Source of the DNA: Fidelibacterota bacterium
GTDB lineage: Bacteria; Fidelibacterota; UBA8477; JABMPR01
Direction: 5' to 3'
Length of the DNA: 64,000 nucleotides
Assembly (NCBI GenBank): GCA_013203185.1
Contig: JABMOS010000113.1
Location: 6,677-70,676, forward strand
The translations under genes were made by a program, and so were the position numbers. A model generated the notes under the pieces. That model searched no databases and had not been told where the DNA came from. It worked only from the letters and a program-made list of their open reading frames with translations. Positions 38,662 to 47,605 of the stretch are shown here, one piece after another (positions within the stretch are counted from its first letter, which is position 1; each line of letters begins with the position of its first letter).

Positions 38662-38717
38662 GTTAAGTTTCCTTGACTAAATTAGACCTAATTAGGCATA
38701 AGTCAAGTACACTTTAC
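38662..38717 (-). promoter_or_regulatory. Two GTNAAG-N4-CTTNAC operators overlapping a sigma70-like promoter
   Basis: GTTAAG-TTTC-CTTGAC at 38662 and GTCAAG-TACA-CTTTAC at 38702; minus-strand TTGACT-N16-TAATTT. Confidence 0.6.
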
Positions 38718-38817
38718 AAAAAGATTAGTATGCTTGATATTTATCTTCGCACAAATGCCAGAGCCTAGTGCACAAATTGATTAACATCTCCACGCAGAAA
38801 TCATTAGTTTTCCATCC

Positions 38818-39855
38818 ATGAAGATGCTTAAGCGACTTGTCCTGTTTGTCATTGCCCTTTTTGCCTACCTCATTTTGCGAGAGATGCTCAACTTCTATGT
38901 CCTGGCCTACACGGCGAATCCCTATCTGGGCTATCTGGTTCTTATCATTCTGGTTTCTGTTTTGGTTTACTTCGTGGTAATCCCTTTGTACAGAATCAGC
39001 AGAATCAGTGGTGATCCGGGTCCCGTTTGGAAAAAACGCAAAGAGGCCGAGCTCATGGAAATGCGTCTCCAGCGCAGAGCAAACAACAAGTTTCTCACGG
39101 AACTTGGATATGTTAATCCAACTTCAGGGACAACCCTTGAACGTTATGAGCTTTCGACAAACGAGCTGTCTCAGCGTTGTGACAAGATCAGACGAAAATA
39201 TGTGGTTCATCTGTTTTACAGCAGTGCCGTATCCCAGTACGGTTTTATTGATGCAATTCTCATCTTTTCAGCCAACGTTAACCTGATCAAAGAGATTTTT
39301 ACCCTCTATACAGGCCGTGCTTCAGGTAGGGACCTGTGGCATATCATGAAGCAAATCTACTATTCCATTGCCATCGGGGGATCCGAGGGAGTGGAATTTG
39401 CCGTGGAAGAATTGATCTCCAAGATGGGTTCTGACACCCTGAAAAGTATTCCCTTCTTTGATAAGGTCATGGCGTCCATTGCCAGCGGCTTTACCAATGC
39501 CGTTTTATTGTCACGTATTTCATTGATTACCGAAAACTACTGCAGAATGACTTATATAGAATCGACACGCGATCTTTCCCCGGATCCCGGACAAATTCTG
39601 TCTTCAACCAAATCCATTGTCCAGGAACCCATTCGCCATATCAAAGCGCAGCTGAATGATATAGCCAAACAAAAGGCCATAGACTTCTCGCGCTACGCCG
39701 TTAATCCAACCAGAACGGTCATCGAAAAAGCCATTGATAGATTCAGGTCGCAATCTGATGAGGAAGAAACCGAATCTGTTAAGAGAAGTATTGCCATAGG
39801 GCTGAACCCCCTGAAATATTTCAGTCTGCGCAAAGAGCGTAGGTCCAAAAAATAA
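38818..39855 (+). CDS. YcjF/DUF697-like membrane protein
   Basis: Two N-terminal transmembrane helices; SAVSQYGFIDAI...LIKEIFTLY and SIASGFTNAVLLSRI resemble DUF697. Confidence 0.6.
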   Translation: MKMLKRLVLFVIALFAYLILREMLNFYVLAYTANPYLGYLVLIILVSVLVYFVVIPLYRISRISGDPGPVWKKRKEAELMEMRLQRRANNKFLTELGYVNPTSGTTLERYELSTNELSQRCDKIRRKYVVHLFYSSAVSQYGFIDAILIFSANVNLIKEIFTLYTGRASGRDLWHIMKQIYYSIAIGGSEGVEFAVEELISKMGSDTLKSIPFFDKVMASIASGFTNAVLLSRISLITENYCRMTYIESTRDLSPDPGQILSSTKSIVQEPIRHIKAQLNDIAKQKAIDFSRYAVNPTRTVIEKAIDRFRSQSDEEETESVKRSIAIGLNPLKYFSLRKERRSKK

Positions 39856-39863
39856 TCCCATCT

Positions 39864-40046
39864 GTCTTAGCGAGCACGTCGGCAAGCTTAGCGTAGGCTC
39901 TACGAAACAATCTCCTAATCCCTGGCAAACGGATAGCTTAGAGATCGCCGCGCTGCGCTCGCGAAGACGTATAAGGAACAGCCCAATCTCAAACCTGGTG
40001 GACATTACGATAAACTCAATGTCCGGGTATTGAGGCTGTCGAAGGG
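39864..40046. repeat. Cluster of REP-like palindromic elements
   Basis: GTCTTAGCGAGC...GCTCGCGAAGAC inverted repeat with an internal insert; GGACATT...AATGTCC unit at 40000; TGAGGCTGTCGAAG half-unit at 40031. Confidence 0.65.
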
Positions 40047-40219
40047 GTAGGCTGGTCCTTTACACGACAAAATAGTTTAAATCGGAGATTATCCATTTTG
40101 GTTTAGATTGTCCTGGTCTGAAAGGGCTGTAATTATGAGCGCGGGGAGAACTATTATCAAACAAAAACCAGAGACAAAATGCATGAAAACATCCGATTGC
40201 TATTGCAGCTTGATAATTT

Positions 40220-40236
40220 GTGACTATTATAGTCAC
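40220..40236. promoter_or_regulatory. 17-bp palindromic site (copy 3, perfect arms)
   Basis: GTGAC-TATTATA-GTCAC, 75 bp upstream of aceE. Confidence 0.55.
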
Positions 40237-40311
40237 GTTAGTATGAGTTACTCTGAATTATCCTACCAAATTTCAATCCCAAAAAAATACAAATATTTAT
40301 TGAGGTAAACC

Positions 40312-42984
40312 GTGGCCAGTGTAAACATTCATCAAGATACCGATCCCCAGGAAACCAGTGAGTGGCTGGATTCTCTAGCAGCTGTCTTTGAACAGGAGGG
40401 TGTTAATCGAGCCCATTTTCTGGTAAATGAACTTATCGATTATGCCAGTCGGCATGGTGTGCGACTCCCCTATAGCCCCAATACATCCTACCTGAATACT
40501 ATTCCTGTTTCCCAACAGTCTCAATTTCCTGGCGATAGGGATATTGAACGTCGTATCAAATCAATTGTACGCTGGAATGCCATGGCCATGGTGGTTCGTG
40601 CTAACAAAGCCAGTGACGGCATTGGTGGTCACATCTCCACCTATGCATCTTCAGCCACCTTACTTGAAATCGGTTTTAATCATTTTTTCAGATCAGCCAC
40701 CGATGAGTTTGGTGGAGATCTTGTGTATTTTCAAGGTCATGGATCACCGGGAATTTATGCCCGTGCCTTTTTAGAAGGCCGCCTCAGCGAACAGGATTTG
40801 GTTAACTTTCGTCGTGAATTAGCAGATGGCGGTGGGCTGTCCTCGTATCCACATCCCTGGCTGATGCCCAATTTCTGGCAGTTCCCAACGGTATCAATGG
40901 GTCTGGGTCCCCTGCAGGCTATTTATCAGGCGCGCTTCATGCGCTATATGGAAAACCGCGAACTGATTCCACGAAGTGATCGCAAAGTCTGGGCTTTCCT
41001 GGGTGATGGTGAGATGGATGAACCAGAATCACTGGGAGCCATTACACTGGCCTCTCGCGAAAAACTGGACAACCTGATTTTTGTTGTAAACTGTAACATG
41101 CAGCGACTGGACGGTCCTGTCAGAGGTAATGGCAAAGTGGTCCAGGAACTGGAAGGTGCCTTCCGTGGTGCTGGCTGGAATGTCATTAAAGTGATCTGGG
41201 GTTCAGAATGGGATGAACTGCTGGCCAAGGACAAAGATGGTATTCTGGCCAAACGTATGGAAGAAGTCGTGGATGGTGACATCCTCAAATATATCGTTGA
41301 AGGTGGCTCATATATCCGCGAGCATTTCTTTGGTGCCTATCCTGAACTACTTGAGATGGTAAATCATCTTAGTGATGAAGACTTGGAAAAATTAAAACGA
41401 GGTGGACATGATCCTGCTAAGGTTTATGCCGCTTATGCTGAAGCATTGGCCCATGTAGATCAACCTACTGTAATCCTTACCAGTACGGTTAAAGGGTATG
41501 GAATGGGTGAGGCCGGGGAAGGTAAGAATATTACCCATGGTCAGAAAAAGCTCAATGAGAATGAACTGAAAGCTTTCCGCAGCCGTTTTGGAATCCCTAT
41601 TTCTGATGAAGATGTCACTAAAGCACCCTTTTACCGTCCAGATGAAGATTCTGAAGAGATCAAATATCTAAAGGCGCGCCGAGAAGCATTGGGTGGACAT
41701 TTTCCAGCCAGACGGAGCTCTGCAGAGCCCACAATAACACCGGAGTTGTCTGCATTCAAAGCCGCTCTGGAAGGCACCGGAGATCGTGCACAATCTACAA
41801 CCATGGCCTTTGTTCGCATACTCTCCATGTTGACCAAGGATAAGACCATGGGCAAGCGGGTCGTACCCATCGTTCCTGATGAAGCCCGTACTTTTGGTAT
41901 GGAGTCTCTATTTAGAAGTCTGGGTATCTATTCCAGCGTGGGCCAGCTCTATGATCCTGTGGATTCGGATCAATACCTATACTATCGAGAAGATATCAAG
42001 GGGCAAATCTTAGAAGAGGGTATTACCGAAGCAGGTTCTGCAAGCTCCTGGGTTTCAGCAGCTACGTCCTACAGCACCCATGGTGTCAACATGATGCCAT
42101 TTTATATTTATTACTCCATGTTTGGCTTCCAGAGAGTGGGAGACATGTTCTGGCTGGCTGGTGATATTCGTGCCAGAGGCTTCCTGTTGGGAGCAACAGC
42201 TGGTAGAACCACACTAAACGGAGAAGGTCTCCAGCATCAGGATGGTCACAGTCTGCTTGCCGCTGCAACCATACCCAATTGCCGTGCTTATGATCCTGCG
42301 TACTCCTACGAAATTGCAGTCATTATTCAGCATGGTATGAAACGAATGATGCAGGACCAGATTGATGAATTTTACTATCTCACACTGGAAAATGAACCCT
42401 ATATCCATCCAGCTATGCCCAAAAATGCCGAAGAAGGCATTATTAAGGGGATGTATCAGCTCTCAAGCACTGGCAAAGCCAAAGCAGATATGCATGTTCA
42501 ACTGCTGGGTTCAGGTGCAATTCTGGGTGAGGTGTTGGCTGCTGCAGAAATCCTCAAGAAGGATTGGAAAGTGACTTCAGATATCTGGAGTGTCACAAGT
42601 TATTCAGAACTGAGATTGGATGCTCAGGATGCCCAACGCTGGAATCGTCTCCATCCCACAAAGGAGAGACGCAAAGCCTACGCCTGTCAGCTCATGCATG
42701 ATATGGTGGGGCCTGTGATTGCAGCTTCAGATTACATCAAGCTGGTTGCTGAACAGATATCCATTTTTATCGATAAGCCCTTTATTGCTCTGGGAACCGA
42801 TGGATTTGGACGAAGTGAATCCAGGGAAAATCTCAGGAAATTCTTTGAAGTTGATCGGTATTCCATAGTAGTTACAGCACTCTTTCAATTACAAAAAATG
42901 GATGTGATAAAAGGTGATATCGTGGCCAAGGCCATCAAAAAATATAAAATCCAAACTGAATCAGATAATCCAGTCAAGCGTTGA
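40312..42984 (+). CDS. aceE: Pyruvate dehydrogenase E1 component (homodimeric type)
   Basis: DPQETSEWL, GGHISTYAS, QFPTVSMGLGP, GDGEMDEPES TPP motif, GEGLQHQDG, LGTDGFGRS. Confidence 0.97.
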   Translation: MASVNIHQDTDPQETSEWLDSLAAVFEQEGVNRAHFLVNELIDYASRHGVRLPYSPNTSYLNTIPVSQQSQFPGDRDIERRIKSIVRWNAMAMVVRANKASDGIGGHISTYASSATLLEIGFNHFFRSATDEFGGDLVYFQGHGSPGIYARAFLEGRLSEQDLVNFRRELADGGGLSSYPHPWLMPNFWQFPTVSMGLGPLQAIYQARFMRYMENRELIPRSDRKVWAFLGDGEMDEPESLGAITLASREKLDNLIFVVNCNMQRLDGPVRGNGKVVQELEGAFRGAGWNVIKVIWGSEWDELLAKDKDGILAKRMEEVVDGDILKYIVEGGSYIREHFFGAYPELLEMVNHLSDEDLEKLKRGGHDPAKVYAAYAEALAHVDQPTVILTSTVKGYGMGEAGEGKNITHGQKKLNENELKAFRSRFGIPISDEDVTKAPFYRPDEDSEEIKYLKARREALGGHFPARRSSAEPTITPELSAFKAALEGTGDRAQSTTMAFVRILSMLTKDKTMGKRVVPIVPDEARTFGMESLFRSLGIYSSVGQLYDPVDSDQYLYYREDIKGQILEEGITEAGSASSWVSAATSYSTHGVNMMPFYIYYSMFGFQRVGDMFWLAGDIRARGFLLGATAGRTTLNGEGLQHQDGHSLLAAATIPNCRAYDPAYSYEIAVIIQHGMKRMMQDQIDEFYYLTLENEPYIHPAMPKNAEEGIIKGMYQLSSTGKAKADMHVQLLGSGAILGEVLAAAEILKKDWKVTSDIWSVTSYSELRLDAQDAQRWNRLHPTKERRKAYACQLMHDMVGPVIAASDYIKLVAEQISIFIDKPFIALGTDGFGRSESRENLRKFFEVDRYSIVVTALFQLQKMDVIKGDIVAKAIKKYKIQTESDNPVKR

Positions 42985-42991
42985 CAAGGGT

Positions 42992-43085
42992 GTCATCCTG
43001 AGGTGTCACACTGAGCTCGTCGAAGTGCTCTCGAAGGATAGACACAAAGAGGAACTATATTATGCTTCGTCAGGCTCAGCAAGAC
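42992..43085. repeat. Nested REP-like element between aceE and aceF
   Basis: GTCATCCTGAGG[TGTCACACTGAGCTCGTCGAAGTG]CTCTCGAAGGAT...ATGCTTCGTCAGGCTCAGCAAGAC. Confidence 0.75.
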
Positions 43086-43146
43086 GTAAACAGAGATTTT
43101 TTGGAAAAGTATCAGATATTCATAATGATTGAAGAGAGAAATTGAT

Positions 43147-44409
43147 ATGCTAAAAGAAATAATCATACCGGATCTTGGGGAAGGCATTGATAGTGTTGAA
43201 GTCGGCGAGATTAATGTCAAACCGGGTGATCATGTAGATGTCGGTGATATACTTGTCCTTCTTGAAAGTGACAAGGCCTCCATGGAAATTGAAGCAGAGA
43301 TTGCTGGAACCATAAAAGACGTACGAATTACCACTGGTTCTGAAGTCAGCACCAATACTATCCTGGCCACCATTGAAGCAGATGAAGCTGAAGAAGAAAC
43401 AGCTCCTGAGCCAGAAGAAGTTAAGGCTGAGAAAAAACCTGCTAAAAAAGCTCCGGTGGAAACTCCAGTCGAGGAGGAACTTCCCAAAGCACCTATTGAA
43501 GTTCCTGTGACCAAGCGCCGTGTTATCCCTGCCAGCCCTTCTGTGCGCAGGTTCGCCAGAGAATTGGGTGCGGACCTCAGTCAAGTTAGTGGAACGGGTC
43601 CCAAGGGTCGTGTCCTTAAAGAGGATGTCCAAAATTTTGTCAAGAGTCGTCTAAGTGGCGCACCTGCTATTGGTCTAAGTAGAGCACCACAACCTGAAAT
43701 TGATTTCAGTCAGTGGGGTGAAATCGAAACAGTACACCTGAGTAAAATCCGTCGCGCAACTGCAGTGAATCTGCAAAATGCCTGGCAGACTATTCCCCAT
43801 GTGACCCAGAACGATGAGACAGATATTACAGAATTGGAAGCTTTCAGGCAGGTGTATAAGCATGCCGTAGCCAAGGATGGTGGTAAACTGTCTATTTTGC
43901 CCTTTATCATGAAAGCGGTGGCCAATGCCCTCAAGGAATTTCCAGACTTTAACAGTTCACTTGATGCACACGGTGAAAACCTAATTCAGAAAAAATATAT
44001 CCATTTGGGAATTGCTGTAGATACGCCAAATGGTTTGGTTGTGCCGGTTATCCGTGATGTTGACAAGAAAAGCTTGAGTGAACTTGCTGTGGAACTGGTG
44101 GATGTGAGCACCCGAACCCGGGATCGCAAAATTAAACCTGCTGAACTGGTTGGAGCTACTTTCTCCATCTCAAGTCTCGGCGGCATCAGTGGAACTGGTT
44201 TTTCACCCATTGTCAATCCGCCTCAGGTTGCTATCCTTGGTGTTTCACGATCCAAGATTCAACCAGAGTTTGATGGCTCAGAGTTCCAGCCATGTCTCAT
44301 GCTACCTTTTTCCCTATCCTATGATCACAGGGTAATTGATGGTGCAGCAGCAGCCCGGTTTACAAAATTTATCGCTGATGAATTGAAGGCGATTAAAAAT
44401 TTATTTTAG
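43147..44409 (+). CDS. aceF: Dihydrolipoamide acetyltransferase (PDH E2, one lipoyl domain)
   Basis: ESDKA lipoyl Lys, [12 protein letters not shown]3-binding domain, [10 protein letters not shown] catalytic motif. Confidence 0.95.
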   Translation: MLKEIIIPDLGEGIDSVEVGEINVKPGDHVDVGDILVLLESDKASMEIEAEIAGTIKDVRITTGSEVSTNTILATIEADEAEEETAPEPEEVKAEKKPAKKAPVETPVEEELPKAPIEVPVTKRRVIPASPSVRRFARELGADLSQVSGTGPKGRVLKEDVQNFVKSRLSGAPAIGLSRAPQPEIDFSQWGEIETVHLSKIRRATAVNLQNAWQTIPHVTQNDETDITELEAFRQVYKHAVAKDGGKLSILPFIMKAVANALKEFPDFNSSLDAHGENLIQKKYIHLGIAVDTPNGLVVPVIRDVDKKSLSELAVELVDVSTRTRDRKIKPAELVGATFSISSLGGISGTGFSPIVNPPQVAILGVSRSKIQPEFDGSEFQPCLMLPFSLSYDHRVIDGAAAARFTKFIADELKAIKNLF

Positions 44410-44424
44410 TTTCAGGAGTCATAG

Positions 44425-45840
44425 ATGTCTAAATCCCTTCATGCTGATGTAGTCGTTTTAGGTGCAGGTCCAGGAGGTTATGCTGCTGCATTTCGCGCAG
44501 CTGATCTTGGTAAAACTGTCATTCTCATTGATAAGGACAAGACCCTGGGTGGTGTTTGCTTAAATAGAGGGTGTATTCCTTCTAAAGCCCTACTCCATCT
44601 GGCAAGGGTGAAATCTGAAAGTTCCGAAGTGAAAAGCTTTGGTCTCACATTCGCAGAGCCGGAATGGGATCTTGAAGCAGTCAAAAAGTGGAAGAACGAG
44701 CGAGTCGTTGGGCGCTTAACCAAGGGCATCGCAGCCCTGGCCAAAGCCCGAAAGGTCCAAACTGTAACTGGTTCAGGTGTATTTACATCTCCAACGAGCA
44801 TTGAAGTCACTGGCTCTGATGGTGTCGTTAAAATCACATTCGAGGATGCCATTATTGCAGTAGGCTCTCATCCCACAAAGATTCCTGGTTTTCCTGAAGA
44901 TCCCCGGATTATGGATTCAACGTCAGCTCTTGATCTAGATGGTGTACCTGAAAACCTGCTCATTATTGGTGGGGGATATATCGGTCTTGAAATGGGCACG
45001 ATCTATTCAGCTCTTGGATCAAAGGTCACTGTCGTGGAATTTATGCCCAATTTGCTTCCTGGTGCCGATCCTGATGTGGTCAAGCCCCTGGAAAAAAGAT
45101 TGATGAAAGATTTTGCTTCTATCCAGACCAGTACCAAAGTTTTGAGTATTGAACCCCACAAAGAGTATCTGGCAGTGAATATCGAAGGCAAATCCGGACC
45201 TGAAACTTTGAAGGTTGATAAGGTCCTGGTAGCTGTAGGCCGTCGTCCCAACACTTTTGGAAGTGGCTTTGAAGACATCGGTATTGATATTGATGAGCGC
45301 GGATTCATCAGGGTTGATGAAAAACGTCAAACCAATATTCCTCATATTTACGCCATCGGTGATATCACCGGGGATCCCATGCTAGCTCATAAAGCAACCC
45401 ATGAGGGCAAAGTGGCCGCAGAAGTGATTTGTGGTCAACCAGCTGCCTTCGATGTATCCATTATTCCTGCAGTTATCTTTACAGATCCAGAGATAGCCTG
45501 GGCTGGTTTGACAGAAACTCAAGCCAAAGAGCAAGGGATAGAATATGACAAGGGTGTCTTCCCCTGGTCTGCCAGTGGTCGTGCACTCGCTCTTGGACGT
45601 ACAGAAGGATTCTCAAAAGCTCTATTTGACAAAGAGAGTGGTAAATTGATTGGGATGAGTATTGTAGGTACCAATGCCGGCGATTTAATCGCTGAAGCGG
45701 TTCTGGCTATGGAGATGGGGGCTGATGCAGAAGATATTGCTCTCATTATTCATCCTCACCCAAGTTTATCTGAATCTGTTGGGAATGCCGCCGAGATCGT
45801 TGCTGGTAGTATTACTGATCTATTTGCACCAAAGAAATAA
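44425..45840 (+). CDS. lpdA: Dihydrolipoamide dehydrogenase (E3)
   Basis: GAGPGGY, GGVCLNRGCIPSK, GGGYIGLE, HPHPSLSE. Confidence 0.96.
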   Translation: MSKSLHADVVVLGAGPGGYAAAFRAADLGKTVILIDKDKTLGGVCLNRGCIPSKALLHLARVKSESSEVKSFGLTFAEPEWDLEAVKKWKNERVVGRLTKGIAALAKARKVQTVTGSGVFTSPTSIEVTGSDGVVKITFEDAIIAVGSHPTKIPGFPEDPRIMDSTSALDLDGVPENLLIIGGGYIGLEMGTIYSALGSKVTVVEFMPNLLPGADPDVVKPLEKRLMKDFASIQTSTKVLSIEPHKEYLAVNIEGKSGPETLKVDKVLVAVGRRPNTFGSGFEDIGIDIDERGFIRVDEKRQTNIPHIYAIGDITGDPMLAHKATHEGKVAAEVICGQPAAFDVSIIPAVIFTDPEIAWAGLTETQAKEQGIEYDKGVFPWSASGRALALGRTEGFSKALFDKESGKLIGMSIVGTNAGDLIAEAVLAMEMGADAEDIALIIHPHPSLSESVGNAAEIVAGSITDLFAPKK

Positions 45841-45855
45841 GCATCTGAGGGGATA

Positions 45856-46509
45856 ATGTCAAACTTCCGAATCATTGATATTGAACAATGGGAGCGGAAG
45901 GAACAATTCGATTTTTTTAAGGGATACGACAACCCGTTTTTTGGGTTGACTGCAGATATAGACGTGGGCAAACTTCTTGAATATACCCGTCTTCGCGGTC
46001 ACTCATTTTTCGCTGCTTATTTGTATATTTCTCAACTTCAGGTAAATAAAATTAAAGAATTCCGTTACCGGATAGTCGAAAACCAGGTAGTGGATTATGC
46101 AAAAATTTCAGCTGGCTCCACCGTTCTTAAGTCCAATGAAGTCTTCACTTTTTGCTATTTCGATTATATGGAATCTTTTAAGGCATTTGAAGCTCATGTT
46201 CTGGAGCAAATTGAAGCCTGTCGCCAGCCGGAAAGCCTTCTAGACGACCAAGATCATAATTTAGCCCAGGTGCATTACTCAGTAATTCCATGGGTCCATT
46301 TTAGGGGGTTTAGTCACCCTAGAAACTATGGAAATGGGGACAGTATCCCCAAAATTGTATTTGGAAAATATTTAGATGACCATGGGTCTATAACCATGCC
46401 AATTTCAATAGAGGCTCATCATTCCCTCATGGATGGATTTCACATGGGACAGTATTTTGAAGGCTTTCAGTCTTGTGCTAACTTGCCCGAAAATTTTTTA
46501 GAAGGCTAA
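45856..46509 (+). CDS. cat: CatA-like (chloramphenicol) O-acetyltransferase family protein
   Basis: IDIEQWERKEQFDFF, SVIPWVHF, PKIVFGKY, HHSLMDGFH catalytic motif. Confidence 0.8.
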   Translation: MSNFRIIDIEQWERKEQFDFFKGYDNPFFGLTADIDVGKLLEYTRLRGHSFFAAYLYISQLQVNKIKEFRYRIVENQVVDYAKISAGSTVLKSNEVFTFCYFDYMESFKAFEAHVLEQIEACRQPESLLDDQDHNLAQVHYSVIPWVHFRGFSHPRNYGNGDSIPKIVFGKYLDDHGSITMPISIEAHHSLMDGFHMGQYFEGFQSCANLPENFLEG

Positions 46510-46511
46510 AC

Positions 46512-46967
46512 TTGGAATATAATCTAATTCAGCATGGAACCGATGCCTACGAAGCATCCCTGAAATTAAGGCATCAAATCCTCAGAAAACCTATTGGGAT
46601 GGATTTGTTTGACGGCTCATATGATGACTTGAGCCAGGAGTCACGATATTATCACTTCGGTGCATTTGATGATAGTGGAGAATTGATTTCCAGTGTCATT
46701 GGTATTCCTACAGCGACCCATGAAGTGCGGATCAAGCAGATGGTTGTTGCCGAGAGTCACCAGAACCAGGGTGTAGGCAAAAGACTTTTCATGGCCTTTG
46801 AAGCCTATCTTTTAAATCTTGGATTTCAGGTTTTTATTCTTCACGCACGGATGAGCGCCCATGGGTTTTATTTGAATATGGGATATGCAATTATGGGCAA
46901 TGAATTCCAGGAAGTTGGCCTACCACATTATAAGATGAGTAAAACCTTTAGACCTCATCCTGACTAG
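46512..46967 (+). CDS. GNAT family N-acetyltransferase
   Basis: IKQMVV...QNQGVG acetyl-CoA motif, HAR...GFY..MGY, EVGLPHYKM. Confidence 0.88.
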   Translation: MEYNLIQHGTDAYEASLKLRHQILRKPIGMDLFDGSYDDLSQESRYYHFGAFDDSGELISSVIGIPTATHEVRIKQMVVAESHQNQGVGKRLFMAFEAYLLNLGFQVFILHARMSAHGFYLNMGYAIMGNEFQEVGLPHYKMSKTFRPHPD

Positions 46968-46980
46968 TCTTTTTCGCATT

Positions 46981-47583
46981 TTACTTCCCCTTACGCAGCG
47001 AAAAGAAATTCAGTCCACTCCCACGCTTGGCACTTCGCCGTTTTTGCGAGATTGGGAAGGTCCCTTCAGACACTGCTTTAACATCTTCAATTGAGTAAAA
47101 AGCCTTGGGGTTAAAACGTTTTACCTCATCAATAGTGGTTTGGAGATCCCTTCGGGCAACAATACTATACAGAAGTTTAACAGGACCTTGGGCGCCGGTA
47201 GCATCCACCACGGTGATCCCCAATCTTTTCTCTCTGAAGAAGCTCACTAGCGCATCAGCGTTTTCGCGTGTGATTATTCTCAGAGCAACTTTCCCCACAT
47301 AGAGATGGCGCTCAATGGCAATCCCAACATAGTTCCCAGCGGCAAAGCCAGCAGCATAGAAGACAAAATAGAAGGGAGAACTCAGGTTCTTCATTACATT
47401 TGAAATAACGACCAGCCAGATGAAGACCTCAAAAAACCCCAGTAGAGATGCAAGCGTTTGAACGCCTCGGGCGACAAATAATATTCTGATTGTGCCCAGA
47501 CTAACATCAACAATTCGAGCCAAAAATATTAGTATAGGTAAAATGATGTACGCAAACCACCAGACTTCAAGCCAGGCTTCCAT
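46981..47583 (-). CDS. UPF0316 / DUF2179 family membrane protein
   Basis: IFLARIVDVSLGTIR, YAAGFAAGNYVG, C-terminal ferredoxin-like domain ending PKAFYSIEDV. Confidence 0.85.
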   Translation of the reverse strand: MEAWLEVWWFAYIILPILIFLARIVDVSLGTIRILFVARGVQTLASLLGFFEVFIWLVVISNVMKNLSSPFYFVFYAAGFAAGNYVGIAIERHLYVGKVALRIITRENADALVSFFREKRLGITVVDATGAQGPVKLLYSIVARRDLQTTIDEVKRFNPKAFYSIEDVKAVSEGTFPISQKRRSAKRGSGLNFFSLRKGK

Positions 47584-47605
47584 GATTAACTCCAGTCCAG
47601 GTCGG

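Noticed and set aside
39604-40308. ORFs 39604-40005 (-) and 40108-40308 (+)
   Set aside because: They overlap a real gene, the repeat cluster or the aceE promoter region, and have no recognisable motifs.
45856-46509. Horizontally acquired antibiotic-resistance cassette
   Set aside because: No integron, IS or evident compositional break; family membership alone does not show resistance.
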